Positions 1 through 8,201 of a stretch of 32,000 nt of DNA are shown piece by piece (positions within the stretch are counted from its first letter, which is position 1; the number at the start of each line of letters is the position of its first letter). The stretch is from Methylorubrum extorquens. GTDB lineage: Bacteria > Pseudomonadota > Alphaproteobacteria > Rhizobiales > Beijerinckiaceae. Made by a program: the position numbers and the translations under genes. The DNA is taken from assembly GCA_900234795.1 (NCBI GenBank), contig LT962688.1, positions 2,910,001 to 2,942,000 on the forward strand. The letters are read 5' to 3'. The notes below the pieces were generated by a model, which made no database searches, was not told the DNA's origin, and was given only the letters and a program-made list of their open reading frames with translations.

Positions 1-609
1 ATCGAGGCGGTTGGCGCGGGTTTCATCGAAACCGAGACAGGTGCCGATGGGGCCGGTGAACAGGGTAAAGCCGCCCGAGACGAGGCAGGTAAAGGCGCCG
101 TGCGCCCGCATCGTGGCAACGAGGGTGCCGCCGCCCGGCGTGAGGCGGATGGCGTCGCGGATCAGACCATCGGTCACGCCGACGGAGAGGCCTTTCAGCA
201 GTCCCACCCGCTCGCGCAGGGCCGGCTCGAAGGCGACCTCGCCGCGCATGGCCCGCTCGGTGATCGCCGCCACCTGATCCTTGATGCCGACGACATCGGC
301 GAGTTCGTCGATGCATTCCTGCTCGATCATGGTCGAATCCATGTCGGCGAGAAACAGCCGCTTGCGGCGGTGCTGATCGTGGGGGAGCACGGCCACGTCG
401 ATCGGCTCGGACCCGAACGCTGCGCGCAGGGCCTCCGTAAGCGCAGGCGCTTCGTCGGGCGCGCCCGGCACCAGAAGCTCGGCCGCGACCTCACCGTGGA
501 GCGTTCGCGGTTGATGCTCTGTCCGCGCCACGCGGCGCGCCTCGGCGAGCACTGCATCGGTGATGGCGGGCCGAGCCGGGTTTGCTATCAGCGTCGCGAC
601 GAGGGTCAT
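1..609 (-). CDS. serB: phosphoserine phosphatase SerB, N-terminal about 203 codons (3' end runs off the window; not in ORF track because no stop is present)
   Basis: My translation of the reverse strand from ATG 609-607 gives MTLVATLIANPARPAITDAVLAEARR...RLFLADMDSTMIEQECIDELADVVGIKDQVAAITERAMRGEVAFEPALRERV. It is open to position 1. It contains the HAD motif I DMDST and the typical SerB ECIDELA block. Confidence 0.85.
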   Translation of the reverse strand, partial: MTLVATLIANPARPAITDAVLAEARRVARTEHQPRTLHGEVAAELLVPGAPDEAPALTEALRAAFGSEPIDVAVLPHDQHRRKRLFLADMDSTMIEQECIDELADVVGIKDQVAAITERAMRGEVAFEPALRERVGLLKGLSVGVTDGLIRDAIRLTPGGGTLVATMRAHGAFTCLVSGGFTLFTGPIGTCLGFDETRANRLD

Positions 610-1574
610 GGAGATGTGCCGTGCGGAGTCCGGACGGGCAGGAAACAGGGCGCCCGGCCGCCATCCTCATTGCAGGGCCCACCGCCTCGGGCAAGTCGGC
701 GCTGGGGTTACGAATCGCGCGCGCCTTCGGCGGTACGGTGATCAATACCGATTCGATGCAGGTCTACGCCGACCTTCGCGTGCTCTCGGCGCGGCCCACC
801 GCCGAGGAGGAAGAGCTGGCCCCCCATCGCCTTTACGGCAGCATCGACGGGGCGGTGAACTTCTCCGTCGGGCACTTCCAACGGCAGGCGGCCGCGCTCC
901 TTTCGGAGATGGATGCGGGAACCCCGCCGGTCTTCGTCGGCGGCACCGGCCTCTATTTCCGTAGCCTCGACGAGGGCATCTCGGATCTGCCGGAGGTGCC
1001 CGACGCCATCCGGCAGCAGATCCGAGCGGAGGCGGACGGACAGCCGACCGAAACGCTTCACGCCGCGCTCGCTTTGCGTGATCCCGAGAGCGCCGAGCGG
1101 CTGCGGCCCTCGGACCGGATGCGCGTGATGCGAGCGCTCGAGATTCACGCGGCGACCGGCCGCTCCATCGGCTCGTTTCACGAGGCGCGTGTGCCGGGAC
1201 CGCTCGCCGGAAAGCCGCTGCTGAAGCTCTTCCTCGCCACCGAGCGCGAGGCCCTGCGCCAGCGCATCGACGCGCGCTTCGTGACGATGATGGAGCAAGG
1301 CGCGCTGGACGAGGTCGCCGCGCTCCGCGAGCGACGTCTCGATCCGCTGCTACCGGTGATGCGCGCCCACGGCGTGCCGGGGTTGATCGCCTATCTCGAC
1401 GGGACGATCTCCCGCGAGGAAGCGATCCAGCGCGGCCAGGGCGACACCCGCCGCTACGCCAAGCGCCAGTTCACGTGGTTCCGCCACCAGATGGGCGAGG
1501 ATTGGCACTGGACCACGCCGGAAGCAGCGTGGTCCCTGGTCGAGGCCCGGCTTAGCGCTCCAGCCGGGCGATGA
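582..1574 (+). CDS. miaA: tRNA dimethylallyltransferase MiaA
   Basis: 330-aa ORF with P-loop GPTASGKS and the conserved blocks NTDSMQVY and PHRLYG. The track start at 582 is TTG. An in-frame GVG-type start (GTG at 621) would remove the overlap with serB. Confidence 0.93.
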   Translation: MLSASRRGSWRCAVRSPDGQETGRPAAILIAGPTASGKSALGLRIARAFGGTVINTDSMQVYADLRVLSARPTAEEEELAPHRLYGSIDGAVNFSVGHFQRQAAALLSEMDAGTPPVFVGGTGLYFRSLDEGISDLPEVPDAIRQQIRAEADGQPTETLHAALALRDPESAERLRPSDRMRVMRALEIHAATGRSIGSFHEARVPGPLAGKPLLKLFLATEREALRQRIDARFVTMMEQGALDEVAALRERRLDPLLPVMRAHGVPGLIAYLDGTISREEAIQRGQGDTRRYAKRQFTWFRHQMGEDWHWTTPEAAWSLVEARLSAPAGR

Positions 1575-2418
1575 GGGACGAGGTGTCCCAGCGCTTGCCG
1601 CCCATGGCCTCCACCTCGGCGTAGAACTGATCGACCAGCGCCGTCACCGGCAGCCGGGCGCCGTTGCGGCGCGACTCGGCGAGCAGGATGCCGAGATCCT
1701 TGCGCATCCACTCGACCGCAAAGCCGAAGTCGAATTTGTCCGCGTTCATGGTCCGGCCGCGATTCTCCATCTGCCAGGAGCCGGCCGCGCCCTTAGAGAT
1801 CACGTCGAGCACGGCCTCAATGTCGAGGCCGGCGCGCTTGCCGAAGTGGATCGCCTCCGAGAGGCCCTGCACCGCCCCGGCAATGGCGATCTGGTTGACC
1901 ATCTTGGTGAGCTGGCCCGATCCGGAAGGCCCGAGCAGACGACAGGACTTGGCGTAGGCCATGATGACCGGCTCGGCCTCGGCGTAGGTCGCCTCCTCGC
2001 CGCCGCACATGACGGTGAGCACGCCGTTCTCCGCGCCGGCCTGACCGCCGGAGACCGGGGCGTCGATGAAGCGAAGCCCGGCCGCGTCCGCCGCCGCGGA
2101 CAGTTCGCGGGCGACCTCGGCCGAGGCGGTTGTGTGATCGACGAAGATCGCGCCCTTCTCCATGCCGGCAAAGGCACCGTCCGCGCCGAGCACCACCGAG
2201 CGCAAATCGTCGTCATTGCCGACGCAGGCGAAGACGATGGCGCATCCGGCCGCCGCCTCGCGGGGCCTTGCGGCGGCTTGGCCTCCATTGGCGGCGACCC
2301 ACGCCTCAGCCTTGGCTCCGGTGCGGTTGAAGACGGTGACGTCGTGGCCCTTCTTCGCAAGGTGCCCCGCCATCGGCGAGCCCATCACGCCGAGGCCCAG
2401 GAACGCGACTTTCGCCAT
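1552..2418 (-). CDS. NAD(P)-dependent oxidoreductase, 3-hydroxyisobutyrate dehydrogenase / 2-hydroxy-3-oxopropionate reductase family
   Basis: N-terminus MAKVAFLGLGVMGSPMAGHL is a Rossmann GxGxxG motif. A DAPVSGG block and a 6PGDH-type C-terminal domain are present. I chose ATG 2418 because GGAGA lies about 9 nt upstream; the track ORF extends to 2484. Confidence 0.85.
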   Translation of the reverse strand: MAKVAFLGLGVMGSPMAGHLAKKGHDVTVFNRTGAKAEAWVAANGGQAAARPREAAAGCAIVFACVGNDDDLRSVVLGADGAFAGMEKGAIFVDHTTASAEVARELSAAADAAGLRFIDAPVSGGQAGAENGVLTVMCGGEEATYAEAEPVIMAYAKSCRLLGPSGSGQLTKMVNQIAIAGAVQGLSEAIHFGKRAGLDIEAVLDVISKGAAGSWQMENRGRTMNADKFDFGFAVEWMRKDLGILLAESRRNGARLPVTALVDQFYAEVEAMGGKRWDTSSLIARLER

Positions 2419-2612
2419 GGGATTGGTGTCTCCGGTATCCGATCGTCCAAGGGCGTGCTCTAGCCCCGCGCGCACGACATTCAAAATGCAAAGCGCAGCA
2501 GCGCCTGGACACTTTCCGGCGAACGGAACGCCGGCCTAAGGCAATCCGAACGGATTCGGCTCGAGTGATGGCGTTGCCGCTGCGGAGCCGGTTGGCTAGG
2601 GTCCGGCTGCCG

Positions 2613-3765
2613 ATGCAAGACCGCACCCTAAACCCCTATTCCGGTCTTGCCGACCACGCCTTCTGGGATCGCTCCGTCGGCTCGCTGCCGCTGTTCGCCC
2701 TCGACCCGATGGCCGGCCCGCCGGTACCGGATGGGTTTCGGCTGACGCGGCAGACCCGAATCGCCACGGCGGGTAGCTGCTTTGCCCAGCACATCGCCGA
2801 CAGACTCCAGGCGAGCGGCTACCATTATCTCGTCACGGAAGACGCGCCCGAAGGCGTCACGCCGGACGAGGCTCGCGCCCGCGGCTACCGCCTGTTCTCG
2901 GCGCGCTACGGCAACGTCTACACCGCACGCCAGCTCCTGCAGCTCATCGAGCGAGCCTATGGCCGCTTCACCCCCGCCGATGCAGCCTGGGAAAGACCGG
3001 ACGGACGCTTCGCCGACCCGTTCCGGCCGCGCATCGAGCCCGCGGGCTTCGTCAGCCCCGAAGCGATCGAAGCGGAGCGGCAAGAGCATTTCGCGCAGGT
3101 GCGCCGGCTCTTCGAAAGCCTCGACGTCTTCGTCTTCACCCTCGGCCTCACCGAAGGCTGGCAAGCGACGGCCGACGGGGCGGCCTTTTCCGCTCTGTCC
3201 GGGCGTCGCCGCCGGCACCTTCGATCCGGAGGCCTACGCCTTCAGGAACCAGCCGGTCGAGGAGGTGATCGCGGACCTCGCCGCCTTTGCCGATGCCCTG
3301 AAGGCGGTCAATCCGCGGGCGCGCCTGATCCTGACGGTCTCGCCGGTGCCGCTTGTCGCGACCTATGAAGGGCGCCACGTGCTGCAATCGACCGTGCACA
3401 GCAAGGCGGTGCTCCGGGTCGCCGCCCAGCGTCTCGCCGACACGCGCGACGATACGCTGTACTTCCCCTCCTACGAGATCATCACCTCGCCCGAGGGCGC
3501 CTTCCGCTATCTCGAGAGCGATCTCAGGTCCGTCAGCAAGGACGGTGTCGATCATGTCATGCGGGTCTTCTTCCGCCATCTCACCGAGGGCGGGGACCAG
3601 GACGCCCTGCCCGCCTCGAGCCGCAGCCTGCACGAGGCGCGCCATGAGTTCGCCCGGCAGGCCGCCGTGGTCTGCGACGAGGAATTGCTGGCAGCCGGAG
3701 GCACGCGGCCGTGGCTAGGCGAATCGTCGTCGTCGGCAACAACTGCCAAGTCGCCGTCCTTGTAG
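2613..3765 (+). pseudogene. GSCFA-family protein (SGNH-like), reading frame broken by one extra base in the T-run at 3186-3189
   Basis: The N-terminal half (track ORF 2565..3368) carries the family-naming ATAGSCFAQHI motif and TLGLTEGW. The C-terminal half (LTVSPVPLVATY, HSKAVLR) continues in the +1 frame (track ORF 2782..3765). Dropping one T from TTTT restores ...ADGAAFPLCPGVAAGTFD... Start ATG 2613 (MQDRTLNPY) was chosen. Confidence 0.8.
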
Positions 3766-4631
3766 GGTGCTTGGGGTTCCTTGCGCCGGATGCTGAGATC
3801 GCGTCGGTAGAGCCGGCGACGTTCTCGCAGTTCGATTCAAGTCCCGCGCGGCTGCTCGAAGCGGTTCGGGACGCCGACCTGACCGTGTGCTTCCCGTTCG
3901 AGGCCGGCCCGTTCGGCGAGGTGACGCCCGAGCGGATCTTCGAGACCGCCCGGCTCGTCGTGCCCGTGCCGACGATCGTCTTCCCGGCCTTCCACCCGGA
4001 TATCGTCTACATCGCCCATAAGGGCGGCCTGTTCGGCTCGCCGATGGGCGACTACCACTCGGCGCTGATCGTCTACGGCTTCGCCCGCGGCTTCTCGGCC
4101 GACGCGATCGTCTCACTGTTCCGGGCCGAGGTCTTTTCGCGCGTCGGCTATCTCGACGGCTGGTTTCCCAATCGGGACGCCCTGCTGGCGATGAGCCACG
4201 CGCACGGGTGCAACCTCGACCGCCTGTTCGCCGGGTGGATGCGCCGCGGCTGCTTCATGCACACGATCAATCACCCGAAGCTGTTCGTGCTGGCGGATCT
4301 GGCCCGCGACGCGCTTCACCGTGCCGAGATTCCGGCGCGAACGGCGGCCTGCGAGGATTACCTGCCCGATCCGCTCAGCGGGAGCATCTGGCCGGTCTAT
4401 CCGGAGATCGCGGCACGGCTCGGCGTCCCCGGCAGCACGACCTTCAAGCCGCCGCTCGGCGGCCTGAACTTCCTCGTGGATGCCGCCCGCTGCATCGAGC
4501 TGCGGGCGATGGTCGAGGGATCGCTGGCGATCTACGCGCACACGCCGAAGATCGCCACGCATTGCGAACGCGTCCAGAACTGGCTCGCGAACCGTGAGAT
4601 TCGAGACACGCTGGTCCCGATCGCGGGCTGA
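3711..4631 (+). CDS. WcbI-like polysaccharide-biosynthesis putative acetyltransferase family protein
   Basis: 306-aa ORF with GTG start. N-terminus RIVVVGNCQ-like (RIVVVGNNCQ), and the FHPD...YHS layout I associate with the WcbI family. This is recognition from memory, not a search. Confidence 0.5.
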   Translation: MARRIVVVGNNCQVAVLVGCLGFLAPDAEIASVEPATFSQFDSSPARLLEAVRDADLTVCFPFEAGPFGEVTPERIFETARLVVPVPTIVFPAFHPDIVYIAHKGGLFGSPMGDYHSALIVYGFARGFSADAIVSLFRAEVFSRVGYLDGWFPNRDALLAMSHAHGCNLDRLFAGWMRRGCFMHTINHPKLFVLADLARDALHRAEIPARTAACEDYLPDPLSGSIWPVYPEIAARLGVPGSTTFKPPLGGLNFLVDAARCIELRAMVEGSLAIYAHTPKIATHCERVQNWLANREIRDTLVPIAG

Positions 4632-4637
4632 AGAGCG

Positions 4638-5672
4638 TCAGCCCCCGGTCACGCTCATGTGCCGCGGCACGGCCGCCGGGCGGGCGCGCTCGATGACGAA
4701 GTCGTGGCCCTTGGGCTTGCGGGAGATCGCCTCCACGACGGCTTGCATCACGAGCGCGTCGTCGGGCGAGGCGCGCAGCGCCGCGCGCAGATCGGCCGCG
4801 TCCTCCTGGCCGAGGCACATGTAGAGCTTGCCGGTGCAGGTCAGACGGACCCGGTTGCAGCTCTCGCAGAAGTTATGCGTCAGCGGCGTGATGAAACCGA
4901 GCCGTCCGCCGGTCTCCTCGATCCGCACGTAACGCGCCGGGCCACCGGTGCGGTCGGGCAGCGGGGTCAGCGTGAAGCGTTGCTCCAGGCGCTCGCGGGC
5001 GATCGACAGCGGCAGGAACTGGTCGGTCCGGTCGCCTTCGATCTCGCCGAGCGGCATGACCTCGATCAGCGTCATGTCCATGCCGAGCCCGTGGGCCCAG
5101 GCAATCATGTCGGCGATCTCGTCCTCGTTGACGCCCTTGAGCGCCACAGCGTTGATCTTGACCTTGATCCCGGCGGCGCGCGCCGCCTCGATCCCCGCCA
5201 GCACCACCGACAGGTCGCCGCGCCGGGTGATCGCCCGGAACTTGTCGGGGTCCAGCGTGTCGAGCGACACGTTGATCCGGCGCACGCCGAGTTCGGCCAA
5301 TTCGGGCGCGAAGCGGGCAAGCTGGGAGCCGTTGGTCGTCAGCGTCAGTTCGTCGAGGGTGCCGCTCTTCAGGTGGCGGGAGAGCCGGCGGAACAGATGC
5401 ATGATGTCACGGCGCACCAGCGGCTCGCCGCCGGTGATCCGCAGCTTGCGCACACCGCGATCGATGAACACGCCGCAGAGCCGATCGAGTTCTTCCAGCG
5501 TCAACAGATCGCGCTTGGGCAGGAACTGCATGTCTTCCGACATGCAATAGGCACAGCGGAAGTCGCAACGATCCGTCACCGAGATGCGGAGATAGGTGAT
5601 CGCCCGCTGGAACGGGTCGATCAGCGGCGCCGGCCGGACCGGCGCGAGGATATCGTCGGCGGGGCCCCACAT
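4638..5672 (-). CDS. moaA: GTP 3',8-cyclase MoaA (radical SAM)
   Basis: Contains [18 protein letters not shown] (CxxxCxxC) and the C-terminal [21 protein letters not shown] cluster. The track ORF runs to 6002. Internal ATG 5672 gives a typical 344 aa with AGAGG upstream. Confidence 0.93.
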   Translation of the reverse strand: MWGPADDILAPVRPAPLIDPFQRAITYLRISVTDRCDFRCAYCMSEDMQFLPKRDLLTLEELDRLCGVFIDRGVRKLRITGGEPLVRRDIMHLFRRLSRHLKSGTLDELTLTTNGSQLARFAPELAELGVRRINVSLDTLDPDKFRAITRRGDLSVVLAGIEAARAAGIKVKINAVALKGVNEDEIADMIAWAHGLGMDMTLIEVMPLGEIEGDRTDQFLPLSIARERLEQRFTLTPLPDRTGGPARYVRIEETGGRLGFITPLTHNFCESCNRVRLTCTGKLYMCLGQEDAADLRAALRASPDDALVMQAVVEAISRKPKGHDFVIERARPAAVPRHMSVTGG

Positions 5673-5814
5673 ACGCGCCTCTGAACTCGACTCGGTGCCG
5701 GCATGGGTGGTTTTGTCGGCTGACAGATCCAACATCGCCATCCATATGAGGGCGGTGGCATTATCCGGCAAGCGCGGGAGCGCAACGCCGGCATGAGAGC
5801 GTGGAACGACCGTC

Positions 5815-6244
5815 ATGAGTGAGCGCTGGCCCACCGAGATCCGCCTGTCCGGAGACAAGCGCATTCTGACTGTCGCGTTCGATGGCGGCGGTCGCTTCGA
5901 GCTGCCCGCCGAATACTTGCGCGTGTCGAGTCCCCTCAGCGGAGGTTCAAGGCCATTCTCCGGCCGAACGCAAGGTGCTGGGCGGCAAGCGCGATGTCGC
6001 AATCCTCTCCGTCGAGCCCATCGGCAACTACGCCGTGAAGCTGTTCTTCGACGATATGCACGATACGGGTATTTACGGGTGGGACTACCTGTTCGATCTC
6101 GGCCGCGAGTACCGGAATCGCTGGTCGACCTATCTGCGCGAGTTGGAGGAGCGCGGTCTTACCAGGGACCGCGTGACCAACGCACCCGCGAAAACGAGCC
6201 ATGGCGGCGGGGGTTGCGGAAGCGGCGGTTGCGGCTGCCACTGA
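5815..6244 (+). pseudogene. DUF971 (gamma-butyrobetaine hydroxylase-like N-terminal domain) protein, frame broken by one extra C in the run at 5932-5935
   Basis: [40 protein letters not shown] (frame of 5815) continues as [52 protein letters not shown] in the frame of 5882. The total length is 3n+1. Confidence 0.85.
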
Positions 6245-6270
6245 GAACGCACGGAGATCGTCGGATGTGA

Positions 6271-6298
6271 CGCGGGCCGCGCTTGAAGACGGCCCGCG
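6271..6298. terminator. GC-rich hairpin between convergent genes (CGCGGGCCG-N10-CGGCCCGCG)
   Basis: Perfect 9-bp inverted repeat located between the DUF971 stop (6244) and the stop of the minus-strand small ORF (6306). There is no clean U-tract on either strand. Confidence 0.3.
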
Positions 6299-6305
6299 AA
6301 ACGCA

Positions 6306-6476
6306 TCAGCTCGGCTGCTCCTCAACCTGGTCGAGATCCTCGTCGGGGATCGCATCCGGCCGATGCGGCGGGGGATCTCCGGCCGGCGGCTGCGGAGCGG
6401 GGGGCGGATCACCGATCGGCTTCGGCTCGGATTCTGATTTCGGCCGATCATTCTGTGCAGTCAAGATTCTCTCCAT
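6306..6476 (-). CDS. hypothetical Pro-rich acidic 56-aa protein
   Basis: MERILTAQNDRPKSESEPKPIGDPPPAPQPPAGDPPPHRPDAIPDEDLDQVEEQPS. This is the tail of track ORF 6306..6968 once the DUF2171 frameshift is resolved. No obvious SD, and only moderate third-position GC bias. Confidence 0.25.
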   Translation of the reverse strand: MERILTAQNDRPKSESEPKPIGDPPPAPQPPAGDPPPHRPDAIPDEDLDQVEEQPS

Positions 6477-6583
6477 GAAGGCGGCGTCGGCTATCGGCGT
6501 GTGGTGAGGCCGAGCTCCGTGCCGAGACGGGGCGGTCGATTGATTCGGACGCTCGAATCGCAAGCCGGGTGCATGACGTTCGC

Positions 6584-6827
6584 TTACGCAGCGCCCGACG
6601 TGCTCCACTCCTTCTTCACTTCGTCCGCACTCCGATCGAGGCGGACCTGATCGCCCTCGACGGCGATCACGAGATCGAGGGGGGATGTAGTGATGAAGCC
6701 CGCCCGCGTCGGCGTCGCTCTTCGTCAGCTTGATCTCACCTTTTCCGACGTGATCCACCGTGCCGACATGTCCACCATCGGAACCGACGACGGTGGCGTG
6801 CTCGCGTATCTGGCTGGCATCGACCAT
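6584..6827 (-). pseudogene. DUF2171 (PRC-barrel-like) small protein, frame broken by one extra base in the G6 run at 6679-6684
   Basis: MVDASQIREHATVVGSDGGHVGTVDHVGKGEIKLTKSDADAGGLHHYIP is followed, after removing one C on the coding strand, by LDLVIAVEGDQVRLDRSADEVKKEWSTSGAA-stop (TAA at 6586-6584). GGGAGG lies 6 nt upstream of ATG 6827. The length is 3n+1. Confidence 0.8.
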
Positions 6828-6857
6828 GGTTGGCCTCCCTGTTGAGGGGAGCCAACC
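6828..6857 (-). promoter_or_regulatory. SD-sequestering hairpin directly abutting the DUF2171 start codon
   Basis: On the minus strand: GGTTGGCTCCCC-TCAACA-GGGAGGCCAACC-ATG. This is a 12-position stem with one mismatch and one G-U pair. The right arm contains the SD. Confidence 0.4.
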
Positions 6858-6980
6858 GGCATTACGGGGGGAGGTTCCGCGCCGGCGATTCACGTGGCTT
6901 CGGGTCCACCTGCGACGGTCCGGCATTGAACCATCCCCCGCCCCACCCGTTGGCGTGCGAGATTTCAACGGAGGTCGCTT

Positions 6981-7118
6981 GTGTCAGCAAATGAGTTCCA
7001 ACACCGCGTCGGTCAGGACGTGAATTCCGTCGATCAGCTCAGCAGCATCGTCATCCTCGGCTTGGCTGTGGCGGGCGGCATCGCCGCGGTCGTACTGGAT
7101 CTGCTGCTGATCGGCTGA
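6981..7118 (+). CDS. hypothetical 45-aa single-pass membrane peptide (below the ORF-track length cut-off)
   Basis: GTG 6981 is preceded by GGAGG (6970-6974) at 6-nt spacing. Translation: MSANEFQHRVGQDVNSVDQLSSIVILGLAVAGGIAAVVLDLLLIG. Third-position GC is high in the hydrophobic part. It is followed by the hairpin at 7169-7190. Confidence 0.45.
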   Translation: MSANEFQHRVGQDVNSVDQLSSIVILGLAVAGGIAAVVLDLLLIG

Positions 7119-7160
7119 CGCGTCGCTCTCTCGGACCAAGATCAACTTGGACCACGACCA

Positions 7161-7200
7161 AACGAAAAGGGCCGGCATCGCTGCCGGCCCTTTCTCATTT
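7161..7200. terminator. bidirectional rho-independent terminator
   Basis: GGGCCGGCA-TCGC-TGCCGGCCC (7169-7190) is flanked by AAAA on the left (a U-tract for the minus-strand ldt gene) and TTTCTCATTT on the right (for the plus-strand peptide). Confidence 0.75.
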
Positions 7201-7217
7201 ACATCTCGGATGAACGA

Positions 7218-7886
7218 TCAGCGCTGGACGACGACCCGGGCGCCGACCTTCACGCGGCTGTAGAGATCCGTCACATCCTCGTTGGTCATGCGGATGCAGC
7301 CGGAGGACACCGCCGTGCCGATCGTCTCCGGCTCGTTGGAGCCGTGGATGCGGTAGATCGTGTTGCCGAGATACATGGCGCGCGCGCCGAGCGGATTCTC
7401 GATGCCGCCCTTCATGTAGCGCGGCAGGTCGGGACGGCGGCGCAGCATCTCCGACGGCGGGCGCCAATCCGGCCATTCGCGCTTCATCGTGACGGTCTGC
7501 GTGCCGCCCCAGGTGAAGCCGGGACGGCCGACGCCGACGCCGTAGCGCAGGGCCTCGCCGCCGGGCTGGATGAGGTAGAGCCGGCGCTCGGTGGTCGAGA
7601 CGACGATAGTGCCGGGGGCGTAGGGTCCGGAGTAGGGAACCGTATCGCGCGGAATCGCGGTCATCTGCGGCACGGTCGACGCAAGCGGGTCGGCGGGCGC
7701 GCCCGGGATATCCGCCGGCAGAGCCGCGTTGGCGGTCGGCAACGTGTTCTGCGGGCGCACGCGCACCGTCAGAACCTCGGTCAGCGGCTGACGCGTGAGC
7801 GGGTCAATCTCATAGGCTGCGGCAGGGCTTGCCAGCGCGAACGTCGCGCAGGCAAGCCCGCCCAGGGCAACGACGAAACGGCGCAT
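7218..7886 (-). CDS. L,D-transpeptidase (YkuD domain), exported
   Basis: Signal peptide MRRFVVALGGLACATFALASPAAA and the catalytic block IHGSNEPETIGTAVSSGCIRM. ATG 7886 was chosen over the longer track ORF (7964). Confidence 0.88.
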   Translation of the reverse strand: MRRFVVALGGLACATFALASPAAAYEIDPLTRQPLTEVLTVRVRPQNTLPTANAALPADIPGAPADPLASTVPQMTAIPRDTVPYSGPYAPGTIVVSTTERRLYLIQPGGEALRYGVGVGRPGFTWGGTQTVTMKREWPDWRPPSEMLRRRPDLPRYMKGGIENPLGARAMYLGNTIYRIHGSNEPETIGTAVSSGCIRMTNEDVTDLYSRVKVGARVVVQR

Positions 7887-8201
7887 CAGGGCCTCTCGGG
7901 GCAGGCGAAGAACAGGGGACGCGGTGGAAGAACCGCCGCACGATGCCGTGCGGACCCTCGCCAAGGCGTAAACGCTCCCGGTTTAAAGCCAAGCTTGATT
8001 TGCAGTGCAGCACCGCTTCGGCCAGCCTCGTGACCGTGTGGCCACACTGTGGCAGCTCGGCCGTGCGGGCAAGGATTATCGTTTGTGGCCGGAACCTTGC
8101 GCGAGCGCTCCTCCAAACCGTCGAAGCGGAAACGGTGACGCGCATCGGTCAGACGTTCCGGCGGCGCCGGATGCGGACGGATGGTCCCGGCGTGCTCAGG
8201 G

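Noticed and set aside
100-741. 213-aa plus-strand ORF at the left edge (also 23..316 minus)
   Set aside because: It overlaps the unlisted but clearly conserved serB reading frame (DMDST, ECIDELA) on the minus strand, and its translation has no family features.
5673-5814. Possible Moco riboswitch in the moaA leader
   Set aside because: The location is right, and a CACCGAG...AGAGG segment precedes the start. However, I could not lay out the conserved Moco-motif helices by eye. A cmsearch with Rfam RF01055 would decide; without it I do not claim it.
3186-6684. Programmed ribosomal frameshifting as the explanation for the split genes
   Set aside because: There is no slippery heptamer plus downstream structure, and the required shifts differ in sign. 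The affected families are not known to use recoding. Homopolymer indels are the simpler explanation.
6984-7178. 64-aa minus-strand ORF overlapping the 45-aa peptide gene
   Set aside because: Its start would lie inside the terminator hairpin of the upstream ldt gene, and it lacks an SD. The plus-strand peptide has a perfect SD. Still, only expression data can settle this.
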